Below, one piece after another: positions 11,301-25,200 of a stretch of DNA of 64,000 nt. The stretch lies in the NCBI GenBank assembly GCA_963514005.1, contig OY740797.1, forward strand, positions 24,800,001 to 24,864,000, given 5' to 3'. The notes under the pieces were generated by a model. That model saw only the letters and a list, made by a program, of their open reading frames with translations, was not told the DNA's origin and ran no database searches. The position numbers and the translations under genes are program-made. This DNA comes from Raja brachyura (taxonomy: Eukaryota). The stretch's first letter is position 1. The number at the start of each line of letters is the position of its first letter.

Positions 11301-14300
11301 ACATATAGGACCGTTGACATTTTGTTAGCACAATAATGGGCGATGATAGGACAAACTTTCATTTGTGCGTGTCTCGTGAAATTTCATAGAAACTGTTGCA
11401 TCTTGCATTATGGCCATGGTTAAACCACATACGAAGCACCAGGTCATCACGAGCGAAACAAACTAATACCTAAAATTTACTGCACAGAGTTTCCCGTCTG
11501 ACGCTGGCATTCGATTGTTTAAGAAAGTATATTATGGTTCCAAAAGTCCACGCTATGGTAAGATCAGAAGAACAGGAATCATTGGACTTATATGTTCTGA
11601 GAGACAGGGTCTGCATGCATTTGGGGAGCCATGGACTGATCATGGAGAGTCAAATTTTGGTTTACGTGGATATTCGCGTCTTACGAAATTAAGTAAGGGG
11701 TTTGAAGCGGTGACCGTGAACATTGATCAGGAATTGGGATTCTATGCCTATTTACACTTCAGCGAGTAATTTGACAAGGTACTGGTTGACAAATCTGAAT
11801 GGTTAGTTCGCATTGGATCCAGGGAATTGGATACCAAATTGCCTTGAGGCAGATGGTGATGGCAGAGGATTGATTTTATGGCTAAAGGTCTCGGATGAGT
11901 AGTATGCCACAGGGATCGGTGTTGGGTACACTGTCTGTGTTTTTTTTTAATACTAACGATTTGAATGTGCATGCAAGCATAGTTTGCGGGTAGCACACCA
12001 AATTGGGGTTTGGTGGACTGTGAAGTAGTTTATCAAAAATTACAACGGCATCTTGGTCAAGTCGGCCAATGGGCTGAGGAATGACAATTGCACAGTGTTG
12101 GAGGCAGATACGGTAGTGGCGTTTAAGAAGCTTTTCGACAGGCTCATGGATGTGCGGGGAGTAGATGGATATGGATCATTTACAAGCAGAAGGAATAAGT
12201 TTAATTTGGCATCGTGATGTGCACAAACATTGCGGGCCGAATGTGAGCCAGTGTTACACTGTTGTATGTTTTATGTTCAGCCTCCTCTACACGAACGCAA
12301 AAAGGCCCAGCCAATCCAACCCCACCCTATAACTGAAACCATTTTGACCTGATTATATCCTCGTAATCGACTTTGCGCTGTAAATGCAGTGTTTTGATTT
12401 TTCGTAAAACAAAATAGGACAGACATAAAATAGACGGCAAAGCGATGGTAGGAGTTGTGGGACAGAGAAGCCTAGGCGCACAGGTATATGGTTCCGGCAG
12501 AAGTAGATAGTTGTGACGAAGAAGGCATACAGAACATTTTTCTTCATCAGTCGGTATATCGAGTACACGAAACACACTACAACTGTACTAAACGTGAATA
12601 ATCTGCATTTGTGTACACTTCTTGTCACCCTGCCGTGGAAGGGTATAAACAGTACAAAGGCGATTACGAGGATATAATCAGATCAGAATGGTTTTAGTTA
12701 TAGGGTGGGGATTGGATTGGCTGCAATGACCGCACCTATGCATCTTAAATATATTAAGATCAACCTCATATATTTCTAAAAGCTTCTTAAATATCACTAT
12801 TGTACCTTTGTATCTTCGTATCTTTCTACACTACCACGTCTAGCAGCACGCTTCAGACACCGATCACGCTCTGTGCTAAGTAGTTGCTCGGCATATCTCA
12901 TTTAAACTTTGCCCCTCCAACGTAAACCCACGTCTTTACCCTTTACACCATGAGAAAAGGGATCCGACTGGTAGTGCCACAATTACATGTACTTCCATCC
13001 GGAATCCATTCAGCCTCCATCGTTCGGGAGGAGACAACCTCTGTTCCAACCTCTCCTTATGCCCATTACCCTCTAATCCAGAGAGCATCATGGTTAAATG
13101 CAGCAATGTGGCGCAGCTGGTAGAGATGCAGCATCATAACGCTGGAAACCCTGGTTCAATCCGGACCTCGGATGCTGTTTGCATGGAGGTTGCACTGGAT
13201 GGTTTCGGTGTAATTAAATTAGAGACATTTGAAAATCTCGTCATGGTTACATGATCTGCCAGCATCATTATTGAAGTAAAATAACTGAATTAGAAAACCT
13301 ACGCTAAGATTTCGGTAAATATATTGAGGGCATGCTGTTTTAGGTCCGAATAAGGACCATTGCTTGCACATTAGAGACATTTGTACATAATGGAGAAAGC
13401 CTAACTAGCAAATTATACAATTAATTCCCGTGTGTCTATATATTGGACAAATGTTTTTTTGATGATGTAACAAGACAATTTGATGAATGATTGATGTAGA
13501 TGACGTCAATAAGAAGTTTTGGGGAAAAGATTCGACAAAGCTTCAAACAAAATGTTGGTCATTAAAGTTGTCGCTCATAGGAATAAAGCAAGCAACTAAT
13601 GAATAAACGAGCTTTCAGGAAGGCATACGAAGGAATGTGATGGAGAGAGTAATCAAGAAAAAGCGGGGAATAGGACGTTGCTCTTCGATTATCCGGGTTC
13701 GCTAGGATGGATGTAATAAGGTCCACTAAGTAATCAGTTCACGATTCTTACAAAACTTACAATCAAAGATAAAAGCTGACCGATGTCTGTTGTCATTTGA
13801 TGCAGTTGAAATAAGATCACGAGACAGGACGGAAATTGTTATGTGTGTATCCTTTAAATAAAGACGCGCGGGTATGCCGTTCCAAATCATTGCATATTTA
13901 ATGCAATTTAATAGTACTTCTGATAGGTTGTTATTAACGAATTACCTCAAATTAATAACAATATTCTGTGTTTGGAGGGGATAATGTGAAGCTGCCGCAA
14001 TGCCTAACCCCTCCAGGTAGTTCATTGATATTCTGCAGGAAAGGCGCATTGTCGACTGTGCATTTTGACTGTATCGATTTTCAATAGACAACAGACAATA
14101 GGTGCAGGAGTAGGCCATTCGACCCTTCGAGCCAGCACCGCCATTCAATGTGATCATGGCTGATCATCCCCAATCAGTACCCCGTTCTTGCCTTCTCTCC
14201 ACATCCCCTAACTCCGCTATCTTTAAGAGCCCTATCTAGCTCTCTCTTGAAAGTATCCAGAGAACCGGCCGCCACCGCCCTCTGAGGCAGATGGTCACCG

Positions 14301-15252
14301 TGCCACCCTGAACACAGAGAACATCAATCCGCCTTTGGAAGTGAACTACGAAGTCATACACATCAATATAATGAAGGGCTCCAAAAGACCGATTTTCTAT
14401 CGGCATCCTGGATTTAAAAATAAACAAATTATAGGAATATGTATTTCTGTGTTGTATGATACCTCGTTTGTAACTGCTCAGTCGCAGCGAGCGAAATCTA
14501 CCTTGGATTATCCTCCCACTCTCTTGAATTTAATTTTTAAGGTTCCTGTAGATTTGGGATCGTAATTCACAGCAACATTCAATTTCCATAATTACATTCC
14601 CAATATTCCACGAATATTGCATCGTCTGGAACTCAGCTTTGGGCACGTCAGGGCCGTCATAAACGTAATGACGGCGGGGAAAATTTTCTGGCCTCACTGT
14701 ATAATCACATGATGAAGAGTAAATAAGTGTTTTTATAATTTTCAATTTCTGGATATTCCACAATATGGCCCGTTGTACCGACACAGCTATACATCACTAC
14801 ATGTTGCGCTCTGCAACATGGCTATATACACACCTCGAAATAATTAGTATTGGTTGTAGCCAAATATTTGGGGAGGGGGGGGGGGGGGGGGGGTTTCTGC
14901 ACCTCAATGATGCTTTCATTATATGTCATATGCACACAACTGGGATTGCACAGAAATGGAAAACAGCAACTGCGCTGATGGGCAATGTTCCTGTCTGTTT
15001 ATTTCGCGTCGAAAAGTCAAATTGATATATTTTTTAAAGACAGAATGACGCTGTTGAACTGATTACCTGTCCTATTATATAATACTGTACAGATGTTAAA
15101 ATTTACCACTATTTTTTAAATTGTTTACAGTTTTTGTTGATCCACTTCATAACACGAGTTTTGGTTGCATAAGAGCAGGATTGATACCTATCGCAATCGT
15201 TATTTTCATTGTGATATATAAAGATAAGACTTCGAACCTATTTGATCTCTAG
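8271..15252 (+). CDS. Gene A: non-rearranging VJ-C1 IgSF receptor (NKp30/SIRP-like), Arg-containing TM, short tail; predicted 262 aa
   Basis: Exons 8271-8322 (leader), 8495-8806 (VJ), 10896-11198 (C1) and 15131-15252 (TM plus read-through tail to TAG). All introns GT-AG and phase 1, joined frame open. An alternative or vestigial last exon lies at 17939-18003. Confidence 0.8.
8495..8806 (+). CDS. Gene A exon 2, V-set Ig domain with in-exon J-like strand
   Basis: Acceptor tttcccgacag, donor G|gtgagt. Motifs VTQ..GDSAVLYC, VHWWRDG, SAVLRLGNV..DAGLYFC, FNGTGTKLVVY. Confidence 0.95.
10896..11198 (+). CDS. Gene A exon 3, C1-set Ig domain
   Basis: Acceptor ttttattttccag, donor G|gtaaga. C1 motifs CKTATFFPLDLNITWYKNG, GLY..TS.L, YTCQVSHISL. 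Confidence 0.95.
12308..12723. repeat. ~74-bp inverted repeat pair around a ~270-bp spacer (MITE-like foldback)
   Basis: 12308-12381 is an imperfect reverse complement of 12649-12723 (cagccaatccaa.cccaccctataact.aaaccatt.tga.ctgattatatcctcgtaatcg). No clear TSD. Confidence 0.8.
14085..14290 (-). mobile_element. Short 5'-truncated CR1 3' end
   Basis: Reverse complement of the CR1 3' stem-loop (ggctcgaagggtcgaatggcctactcctgcacc) and 8-bp tail repeat; near-identical copies at ~46757-46997 and ~60972-61192. Confidence 0.8.
15131..15252 (+). CDS. Gene A exon 4, stalk + TM + short tail VFVDPLHNTSFGCIRAGLIPIAIVIFIVIYKDKTSNLFDL*
   Basis: Acceptor ttgtttacag, phase 1; ~20-aa hydrophobic stretch with Arg (AGA 15172-15174). 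Ends IYK at the position where the gene C TM exon ends IYR, but the donor position reads G|ataaga, so the frame runs to TAG. Confidence 0.7.
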
Positions 15253-15440
15253 ATTGTTGTAAAATTAACCAATCGGAATTCAGCAATACATTAGTTTAGT
15301 TTAGAGATACAGCGCGGAAACAAGCCCCTCAGCTCACCCAGTCGGCGCGGAACAGCGATCTCCGCAACCTACACACATTAACGACAATTTATAATTATAT
15401 CAAGCCAATTAACCTACAAACCTGTAAATCTCTGGGGGGG

Positions 15441-17485
15441 GAAAGGAACCAGTAAAAATTGGAAAGAGCCCTGGTTTTCAAGGGAAATTGGACATCTTGT
15501 TCGGAAAAAGAGGGAGATCTACAATATTTATAGGCAGCGTGAAGTAAATGAGGTGCTTGAGGAGTATAAGGAATGTAAAAAGAATCTAAAGAAAGAAATT
15601 AGAAAAACTAAAAGAAGATATGAGGTTGCTTTGGCAAGTAAGGTGAAAGTAAATCCAAAGGGTTTCTACAGCTATGTTAATAGCAAAAGGATAACAAGGG
15701 ATACAATTGGTCCATTGGAGAGACCGAGTGGACAGCTATCTGCAGAGCCAAAAGAGATGGGGGAGATATTGAACAATTTCTTTTCTTCGGTATTCACCAA
15801 GGAGAAGGATATTGAATTATGTGAGGTAAGGGAAACTAGTAGAGTAGCTATGGATACTATGAGTTTCAAAGTAAAAGAAGTACTGGCACTTTTGAAAAAT
15901 ATAAAAGTGGATAAGTCTCCAGGTCCTGACAGGATATTCCCTAGGACATTGAGGGAAGTTAGTGTAGAAATAGCCGGGGCTATGACAGAAATATTTCAAA
16001 TGTCATTAGAAACTGGAATAGTCCCCGAGGATTGGCGTACTGCGCATGTTGTTCCATTGTTTAAAAAGGGTACTAAAAGTAAACCTAGCAATTATAGACC
16101 GGTTAGTTTGACTTCAGTGGTGGGCAAATTAATGGAAAAGCTACTTAGAGATAATATATATAAGTATCTGGATAAAGAGGGTCTAATTAGGAACAGTCAA
16201 CATGGATTTATGCCTGGAAGGTCATGTTTGACTAATCTTCTTGAATTTTTTGAAGAGGTTACTAGGGAAATTGACGAGGGTAAAGCAGTGGGTGTTGTCT
16301 ATATGGACTTCAGTAAGGCCTTTGACAAGGTTCCTCATGGAAGGTTGGTTAAGAAGGTTCAACTGTTGGGTATAAATGCAGGAATAGCAAGATGGATTCA
16401 ACAGTGGCTGAATGGGAGAAGCCAGAGGGTAATGGTGGATGGCTGTTTGTCGGGTTGGAGGCAGGTGACTAGTGGGGTGCCTCAGGGATCTGTGTTGGGT
16501 CCTTTGTTGTTTGTCATGTACATCAATGATCTGGATGAAGGGGTGGTAAATTGGATTAGTAAGTATGCAGATGATACCAAGATAGGGGGTGTTGTGGATA
16601 ATGAAGAGGATTTCCAAAGTCTACAGAGTGATTTAGGCCAGTTGGAAAAATGGGCTGAAAGATGGCAGATGGAGTTTAATGCTGATAAATGTGAGGTGCT
16701 ACACCTTGGCAGGACAAATCAAAATAGGACGTACATGGTAAACGGTAGGGAATTGAAGAATACAGTTGAACAGAGGGATCTGGGAATAACTGTGCATAGT
16801 TCCTTGAAGGTAGAATCTCATATAGATAGGGTGGTAAAGAAATCTTTTGGTATGCTAGCCTTTATAAATCAGAGCATTGAGTATAGAAGCTGGGATGTAA
16901 TGTTAAAATTGTACAAGGCGTTGGTGAGACCAAATCTGGAGTATGGTGTACAATTTTGGTCGCCCAATTACAGGAAGGATGTCAACAAAATAGAGAGGGT
17001 ACAGAGGAGATTTACTAGAATGTTGCCTGGGTTTCAACAGCTAAGTTACAGAGATAGGTTGAATAAGTTAGGTCTTTATTCTCTGGAGCGCAGAAGGTTA
17101 AGGGGGGACTTGATAGAGGTCTTTAAAATTATGAGAGGGATAGACAGAGTTAATGTGGACAAGCTTTTCCCTTTGAGAATAGGGAAGATTCAAACAAGGG
17201 GACATGACTTTAGAATTAAGGGACAGAGGATTAGGGGTAACATGAGGGGGAACTTCTTTACTCAGAGAGTGGTAGCGGTGTGGAATGAGCTTCCAGTGGA
17301 AGTGGTGGCGGCAGGTTCGTTGGTATCATTTAAAAATAAATTGGATAGGCATATGGATGAGAAGGGTATGGAGGGTTATGGTATGAGTGCAGGCAGGTGG
17401 GACTAAGGGAAAAAAGTTGTTCGGCACGGACTTGAAGGGCCGAGATGGCCTGTTTCCGTGCTGTAATTGTTATATGGTTATATGG
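15441..17485 (+). mobile_element. Young 5'-truncated CR1 LINE with open RT frame, inserted into a SINE
   Basis: ORF 15553-17406 (NYRPVSLTS, QHGF, DFSKAFD, GVPQGSVLGP, YADD); (TTATATGG)n tail; SINE halves on both sides. Confidence 0.95.
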
Positions 17486-17938
17486 AAACCAGATATACTG
17501 GAGAAAATAATGTTTGCGAGTTTTATTGGATCGGACACAACGCGGTTAGCTGATCTATAAATATGCCCGCCGCATCTCACTAGGTGCATGGTTTCTCGGA
17601 AGCTAACCTTTGAGCTAGTCACCGATTTGTACATGAAGGGTTGATGCTTGGTGTTGTGGGCCAGGTTGTGGAATAAGGGGTGGAGTCTAAGAAAATGGGT
17701 CGGTGATGCAAAAACTCATTTCGCAATTGATTCTGCTTCGATTCGACAACTTGAAGAGGACTCATATTCTGTAGATTTTTAACTATTGATATCGTGATAT
17801 TAGTTTCACTGCATACATGTATACAAACACAAAAGTAATCAGAAAAATATAACGTTTTATATGCTGCTAGACGTACTGGCTACTACGCTTTGTCTAGGCC
17901 AATAGTGATTTTTTCCCCTTTAAATTACCTTCCTATAG

Positions 17939-18003
17939 GGCCGTGCAGAACATCGAAAGAAAGTACCGATCAGAAAACGGAGGCAAGACGAATTACTGAA
18001 TGA
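17939..18003 (+). CDS. Gene A candidate cytoplasmic/terminal exon GPCRTSKESTDQKTE(ARRITE*)
   Basis: Acceptor ttaccttcctatag, phase 1. After exactly 44 nt (same length and phases as gene C exon 53514-53557) comes a donor-like GAG|gcaaga. Read-through gives TGA at 18001-18003 with AATAAA at 18112-18117. Confidence 0.5.
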
Positions 18004-20626
18004 ATGAATAGACATGTGTAATACTGCAGGTGCATTCGAACGACACTTGGACTCTCCCAATTATTACCTTCGTTTGGCTTTCAAATGTTACTGCAAGTCA
18101 AATTAGAACAAAATAAATTTCCTCGGCTAACATAACTGTTGCAGGCTCATGTATGTACTTGATGATACTTATGGAAGCACTGAGATAGGAACGAAGAATT
18201 TAGAGAAGGGATAGGTCATATGATCCTTCGAACATGCTACGTCGTTCAGTATGATCATGACTGAACTTGCAAAGGCAATGTCCTGCTCCTGTTTTCTCCC
18301 AATGTCCATTGATCCCAGATATGTGTTTCCTTCTGTACGTCTCTACCATGTTATAACAATATGTACTCCATTGTTAATGTATTTAATCATTTTGATTCGA
18401 GTGATTAATGATATAGAGAAATATGTATATGTGCTCAACTCCTAGAGAAGAACGCCGTCCTCATCACAGTCTGAAGTGGATTTTCCCTTATTCTTTGATA
18501 ATGATCCCTGGTACTTATTTCCCCATCAATCGGAACACACTTACTCCATCATATCTTTCCTCGACCGTGGATATTAAAGCATTCTGTGGGCTACCTTCTT
18601 AGGCTTTCATATTTTAACCTAATACCCCAATTTAATCAAATGCGTACGTCAGTCTTGACGCAGTCTACCAGTCTGTTGAAAGTACATGGAACTCACACCA
18701 TCACATGAAGATCTGTTCACAGTCAAATATACAAAAATACACTCAACTCTCAAGGAGAGCAATCAGCCATGTGTATACAACTGCATTGAGACAATGCGTT
18801 TTCTATTGTGGAATCCTCTTGATATGAAGAACATTCTATAATTTGCCTCCTTCGTTGCTTGCTGCGAGTGTATGCTTAGCTCTGCTGCTTTTCATAATCT
18901 ATCGGGATTCAACCAATGATCGTCCTTCTTGTCATTATCACCGAAGTAGAAACCCTCGCATTTATTAAGATTGCACTCCATCCGCCGTGAATCTGTCCTT
19001 TCTCTCAATATGAAGCTTCTCAGCATCCATCTGAGTGCTCATCCTCTCACGCAGTTTGATGCTGTCGATAAACAGCCATATAATACATTTAATTCCATGA
19101 TCTAATTAGCAATATATATCGTGACTAGCTGAAATACCAGCAATGAATTCGATGGTACCCTGCTACTCGATGCCTGCTACTAGGGGTATCAGGCATGTTT
19201 ATTTCCACTCTTTCTTTTCTGTTGGTCAACTAATTGCTGATTACTCTCAGCATGCTAACCTTTAATTTCCTTAATCTGTTCGGTAAGATTTTACTGAAAT
19301 GCTTCAGGGCGTATAAATACACTAAAACGACGGACTCACATATTCTGCTAGTTACTTCCTCAGAAATACGATAGACTTGTCAAGCATGATAGCCGTTTCA
19401 CAAATTGACGTTTACTTTGACCGGTCGCTTTTCCCCATTCTACTTTTAACTCCCTTTGCTCAATTGCTTCCAAAGCTAGTTTGTTAAGTTTTACTTTGGT
19501 GGAGCCTTTTGGATCCTCGAGATTTATTCGTGCCAGTCACCTTCGTTCGACAGACACAGTTTATCCACTAGTATTGGTTTCACTTAGTTCCTCCCCTCGA
19601 CTAGACAAAGTGTTTCTCACATAGATCCAAGGCCATTTAAAATCCCCCATTCAAGCTAATCAAATGGCATATTTAAGTGTCCTGCTATTTCTTTGTTTTA
19701 TTAATTTATAATTCAAATTCTGCATACATTTTACCGTTCCTGACTGTAGGTACTTAAAATGTCCATCATCTATCTTCCCTCTTCACACACACGCACACAC
19801 TCACATACACACACTTATACATATACGCTTTTGCAGTCCGTGGTTAAATATCCATGAGCTTCATCTTGTATTCTACATCCACACTTCTAACTACCCATTA
19901 CCTCGTAGCTGAAGCCTCAAGTTCTCATAATCCCCAATTTGTCTACGTTTTCCAGCCATATTTTATTTCTGCTCTGTGGATGTCTTTGGGCTATATTGTA
20001 GACTTCCTCGCTACTAGTGGAATAGAGAGGAACTGATACACGTGTTTCCATAAATATAGCACTCAGTAGTGAAACTTCCAGATTATGTTCCAAACATTCA
20101 GATTATGTCCTTGTTTTTTTATGTAATTTTCCCACTGTTTCATACCCTGTATTTTAAGTAGTATAAATCATGGAGTATAACCACAATAATGAGATGAAGC
20201 AAAAATGAATAAACCTGTTTGTACAAAGAAAAAAATCGGATATGCCCCTGTGTTCTTGCCTGTTTTGGTGACATTTCTCAAGCAGGATTTCATCAGATCC
20301 TAAGGCTAATTTATCAGAAAGATGACATTAATTTTGCAATTAAATAAGTCAAATTCTGATTTTGCTGATGATTTTTATCATTTATCACCCGATAAGATGA
20401 TTTTCTGATGCCCCAAGTGTTTGCAACAGAACGTGAGTAGCAGTGTCAATTTGGTCACGTGTTAAATGTGTTATTTAAAAGCAGAGTAACCGTTTATATA
20501 TATAGTTGTTTAAAATCTAGTTTGCTCAAATCTAAAATAAAAGTTTGCCCAAATATTTTAGCGATGTTTAATTCTGTATGTTGTATCCCCCCCCCCCCCC
20601 CCCCCCCCGTTGAGTAACGTCGTCAA

Positions 20627-20628
<2 letters not shown>

Positions 20629-20658
<30 letters not shown>
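20629..20658. repeat. (TA)n microsatellite next to a poly-C tract
   Basis: Direct reading of the sequence. Confidence 0.9.
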
Positions 20659-20662
<4 letters not shown>

Positions 20663-21469
20663 CTATATAACGAGGGGAGGGGGTGGAGGTTGCATTCGTC
20701 GCGTTTTTTTAATTCAAACAAAGTGATTATAATGAATCTGGCGTAAACTACGGGTCTCGTGGTCGGTTAGGTGCCGGCATTTTGTAAGGGAGATTCAAAA
20801 CAAGTAAGTGGCGCAAATGTATTTTATGCTTTAAGTATTTAAAGTGTTAAATGTTGGTAAACGTTTGGTCGGTTTTGATCAAAAGGATCATAGATGAACC
20901 CATTTTAATACTGGGATATTTCATTATGAATCTCATTGAAACTTACGAAATAGTGACAGGCCTGGGTAAAATGAGAGGCTGGTGCCACTTATAGACTCTA
21001 GGACCAGAGACCATAGCCTCAGAATTAAAGGAGGTACCTTTAGAAAAGCGACGAGGAGGCATTTCATCAATCAGGGACTGGTGAATCTGTGGAATTCATT
21101 GTTGTGGAAGCCACGTCAATTGAGGTTTTAAGGCGGTGGGTGACATTATTAGAAAGGGTGTCAGGGATTACGCGGGGAAGGCACGAGAACGGTGTTGAGA
21201 GGGAACGATAGATCGACCATGATTGAATGGCTAAGATGACTTGATGGGCCGAATGGCCTAATTCTGCTCCAAGAACTTAAGAACATTATGAACTTATTAT
21301 CACTGGAATCCTATTTTTTCGACAAACGACAACACAGCCATTGAAAAAGTTAAATAACTGAATACGCCATAAGCAATCCAAATCTGGAAGGGAAGAGAAC
21401 AACCCGCTCGATTAAATGTCTTTGAGAAGTATAAAGAAAACAGGGATGAGGTTCAACTGGAAATTAGGT

Positions 21470-21735
21470 TTTAATTTAGTTTAGAGATACAGCGTGGAAA
21501 CAGGCCCTTGGTCCCACCGAATCCGCGCCGACCAACGATAACCCGTGTATCCTACACACTGTGGACATTTATTTTACAGAAGCCAATTAACCTACAAATT
21601 TGCAAGTCCTTGCAATGCGGGAGGAAAGCAGAGCACCGGAGCCGGAGATAACCCAGGGCGTTACAGGGAAAACGTGCAAACTCCGTACAAACAGCACCCG
21701 TAATCAGGATCGATTCCGGGTCTCTGTAAAGCAGA
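21470..21735 (-). mobile_element. tRNA-derived V-SINE/HE1-type SINE
   Basis: Reverse complement of the family at 43548-43830 (gccaattaacctaca..., CR1-like 3' end). Confidence 0.75.
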
Positions 21736-22287
21736 CATTGTCGCTTGGATAATCTGGTATCAAATATCCTTAGCGAGTAGGATTATATAAAATCCCAAGG
21801 CATTATATACATATAGTAAAAACAAGAAGGCAACCAGGGATTGAGTTATGGCCACTCAAGGACAATGGACGACAATTACACCTGGAGCTAGAAAAGTTGC
21901 CTGGGGTATCAAACGTGCACTTCGCATCAGTAGTCACCAAATTGACGCAATTGGGGAAATCGAGATATATGAGATATATGGATATTTTAGAGGTTATAAT
22001 ATAATGAAGGGGGATCCATCCCAGCTTAGTTTTGAGAAGCAAAAGAGGGAACTGTGGGTGCATTGACAGTGATCATTTTACCCAATTCAGGCGACCTACC
22101 AGGGAACCTGCGACAACCCAAGAAACGTCAGCCTAATTGACTGGGAGTCTGGTGTTAATGTGCACCATCACAAGCCACGTTCAGGTCGGTGGATGTCAGA
22201 GCCTGACCAGATGGTATTCTTTCGGAATTTTATAAAACATTCTATGATCTGATTGTACCACGTTTAAAGACACTTTCTGAACACATT

Positions 22288-25200
22288 TATAACCATATAA
22301 CCATATAACCATATAACCATATAACAATTACAGCACGGAAACAGGCCATCTCGGCCCTTCAAGTCCGTGCCGAACAACTTTTTTCCCTTAGTCCCACCTG
22401 CCTGCACTCATACCATAACCCTCCATACCCTTCTCATCCATATGCCTATCCAATTTATTTTTAAATGATACCAACGAACCTGCCGCCACCACTTCCACTG
22501 GAAGCTCATTCCACACCGCTACCACTCTCTGAGTAAAGACGTTCCCCCTCATGTTACCCCTAAACCTCTGTCCCTTAATTCTAAAGTCATGTCCTCGTGT
22601 TTGAATCTTCCCTATTCTCAAAGGGAAAAGCTTGTCCACATTAACTCTGTCTATCCCTCTCATCATTTTAAAGACCTCTATCAAGTCCCCCCTTAACCTT
22701 CTGCGCTCCAGAGAATAAAGACCTAACTTATTTAACCTATCTCTGTAACTTAGCTGTTGAAACCCAGGCAACATTCTAGTAAATCTCCTCTGTACCCTCT
22801 CTATTTTGTTGACATCCTTCCTATAATGGGGCGACCAAAATTGTACACCATACTCCAGATTTGGTCTCACCAACGCCTTGTACAATTTTAACATTACATC
22901 CCAGCTTCAATACTCAATGCTCTGATTTATAAAGGCTAGCATACCAAAAGCTTTCTTTACCACCCTATCTATATGAGATTCCGCCTTCAATGAACTATGC
23001 ACGGTTATTCCCAGATCCCTCTGTTCAACTGTATTCTTCAATTCCCTACCGTTTACCATGTACGTCCTATTTTGATTTGTCCTGCCAAGGTGTAGCACCT
23101 CACATTTATCAGCATTAAACTCCATCTGCCATCTTTCAGCCCATTTTTCCAACTGGCCTAAATCACTCTGTAGACTTTGGAAATCCTCTTCATTATCCAC
23201 AACACCCCCTATCTTGGTATCATCTGCATACTTACTAATCCAATTTACCACCCCTTCATCCAGATCATTGATGTACATGACAAACAACAAAGGACCCAAC
23301 ACAGATCCCCGAGGCACCCCACTAGTCACCTGCCTCCAACCCGACAAACAGCCATCCACCATTACTCTCTGGCTTCTCCCATTCAGCCACTGTTGAATCC
23401 ATCTTGCTATTCCTGCATTTATACCCAACAGTTGAACCTTCTTAACCAACCTTCCATGAGGAACCTTGTCAAAGGCCTTACTGAAGTCCATATAGACAAC
23501 ATCCACTGCTTTACCCTCGTCAATTTCCCTAGTCAAACATGACCTTCCAGGCATAAATCCATGTTGACTGTTCCTAATTAGACCCTCTTTATCCAGATAC
23601 TTATATATATTATCTCTAAGTAGCTTTTCCATTAATTTGCCCACCACTGAAGTCAAACTAACCGGTCTATAATTGCTAGGTTTACTTTTAGTACCCTTTT
23701 TAAACAATGGAACAACATGCGCAGTACGCCAATCCTCGGGGACTATTCCAGTTTCTAATGACATTTGAAATATTTCTGTCATAGCCCCGGCTATTTCTAC
23801 ACTAACTTCCCTCAATGTCCTAGGGAATATCCTGTCAGGACCTGGAGACTTATCCACTTTTATATTTTTCAAAAGTGCCAGTACTTCTTTTACTTTGAAA
23901 CTCATAGTATCCATAGCTACTCTACTAGTTTCCCTTACCTCACATAATTCAATATCCTTCTCCTTGGTGAATACCGAAGAAAAGAAATTGTTCAATATCT
24001 CCCCCATCTCTTTTGGCTCTGCAGATAGCTGTCCACTCGGTCTCTCCAATGGACCAATTTTATCCCTTGTTATCCTTTTGCTATTAATATAGCTGTAGAA
24101 ACCCTTTGGATTTACTTTCACCTTACTTGCCAAAGCAACCTCATATCTTCTTTTAGCTTTTCTAATTTCTTTCTTAAGATTCTTTTTACATTCCTTATAC
24201 TCCTCAAGCACCTCATTTACTTCACGCTGCCTATAATTATTGTAGATCTCCCTCTTTTTCCGAACAAGATGTCCAATTTCCCTTGAAAACCAGGGCTCTT
24301 TCCAATTTTTACTGGTTCCTTTCAACCGAACAGGAACATAAAGATTTTGTACTCTTAAAATTTCCCCTTTAAATGTCCTCCATTTCTCCTCTACATCTTT
24401 CCCATAAAACAAAATGTCCCAGTTCACTCCTTTTAAATCATCTCGCACCTCGTTAAAGTTAGCCTTTCTCCAATCAAAAATCTCAACCCTAGGCCCAGTT
24501 CTGTCCTTCTCCATAATTATATTGAAACTAATGGTATTGTGATCACTGGACCCGAAGTGCTCCCCTACGCATACCTCCACCACCTGTCCCGTCTCATTTC
24601 CTAACAGGAGGTCCAGCACTGCCCCTCCTCTAGTAGGCACCTCTATGTATTGCTGCAAAAAACTATCCTGCACACATTTTACAAACTCCAAACCATCCAG
24701 CCCATTTACAGAATGTGTTTCCCAGTCTATGTGTGGAAAGTTGAAATCTCCCACAATCACTACCTTGTGCTTACTACTAATATCTGCTATCTCTTTACAT
24801 ATTTGCTCTTCCAATTCTCGTTCCCCATTTGGCGGTCTATAATATACCCCTATAAGTGTTGCTACACCTTTCCCACTTCTAAGTTCCACCCAAATAGCCT
24901 CCCTAGATGAGCCCTCCAATCTATCCTGCCAAAGCACTGCTGTAATATCTTCCCTGACTAGCAATGCAACACCCCCACCTCTTGCCCGTCCAATTCTATC
25001 ACACCTGAAGCAACGAAATCCTGGAATATTTAGTTTCCAATCACAGCCCTCCTGCAACCATGTTTCACTGATCGCCACAACATCATACTTCCAGGTGTCT
25101 ATCCAGACTCTAAGCTCATCCACCTTTCTGACAATGCTCCTAGCATTAAAATATGCACATTTAAGAAACCCCCCATCTCTTGTTCTCTGTTTATTTCCTT

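Noticed and set aside
13100-13200. tRNA-like A/B boxes (gtggcgcagctggtag...ggttcaatcc) as a tRNA gene
   Set aside because: It continues into SINE body sequence and is the head of a tRNA-derived SINE.
20146-20214. Minus-strand hydrophobic segment between good acceptor and donor signals (VYSFLLHLIIVVIL...) as the gene B TM exon
   Set aside because: In the required phase 1 it contains a stop (GLFIFASSHYCGYTP*).
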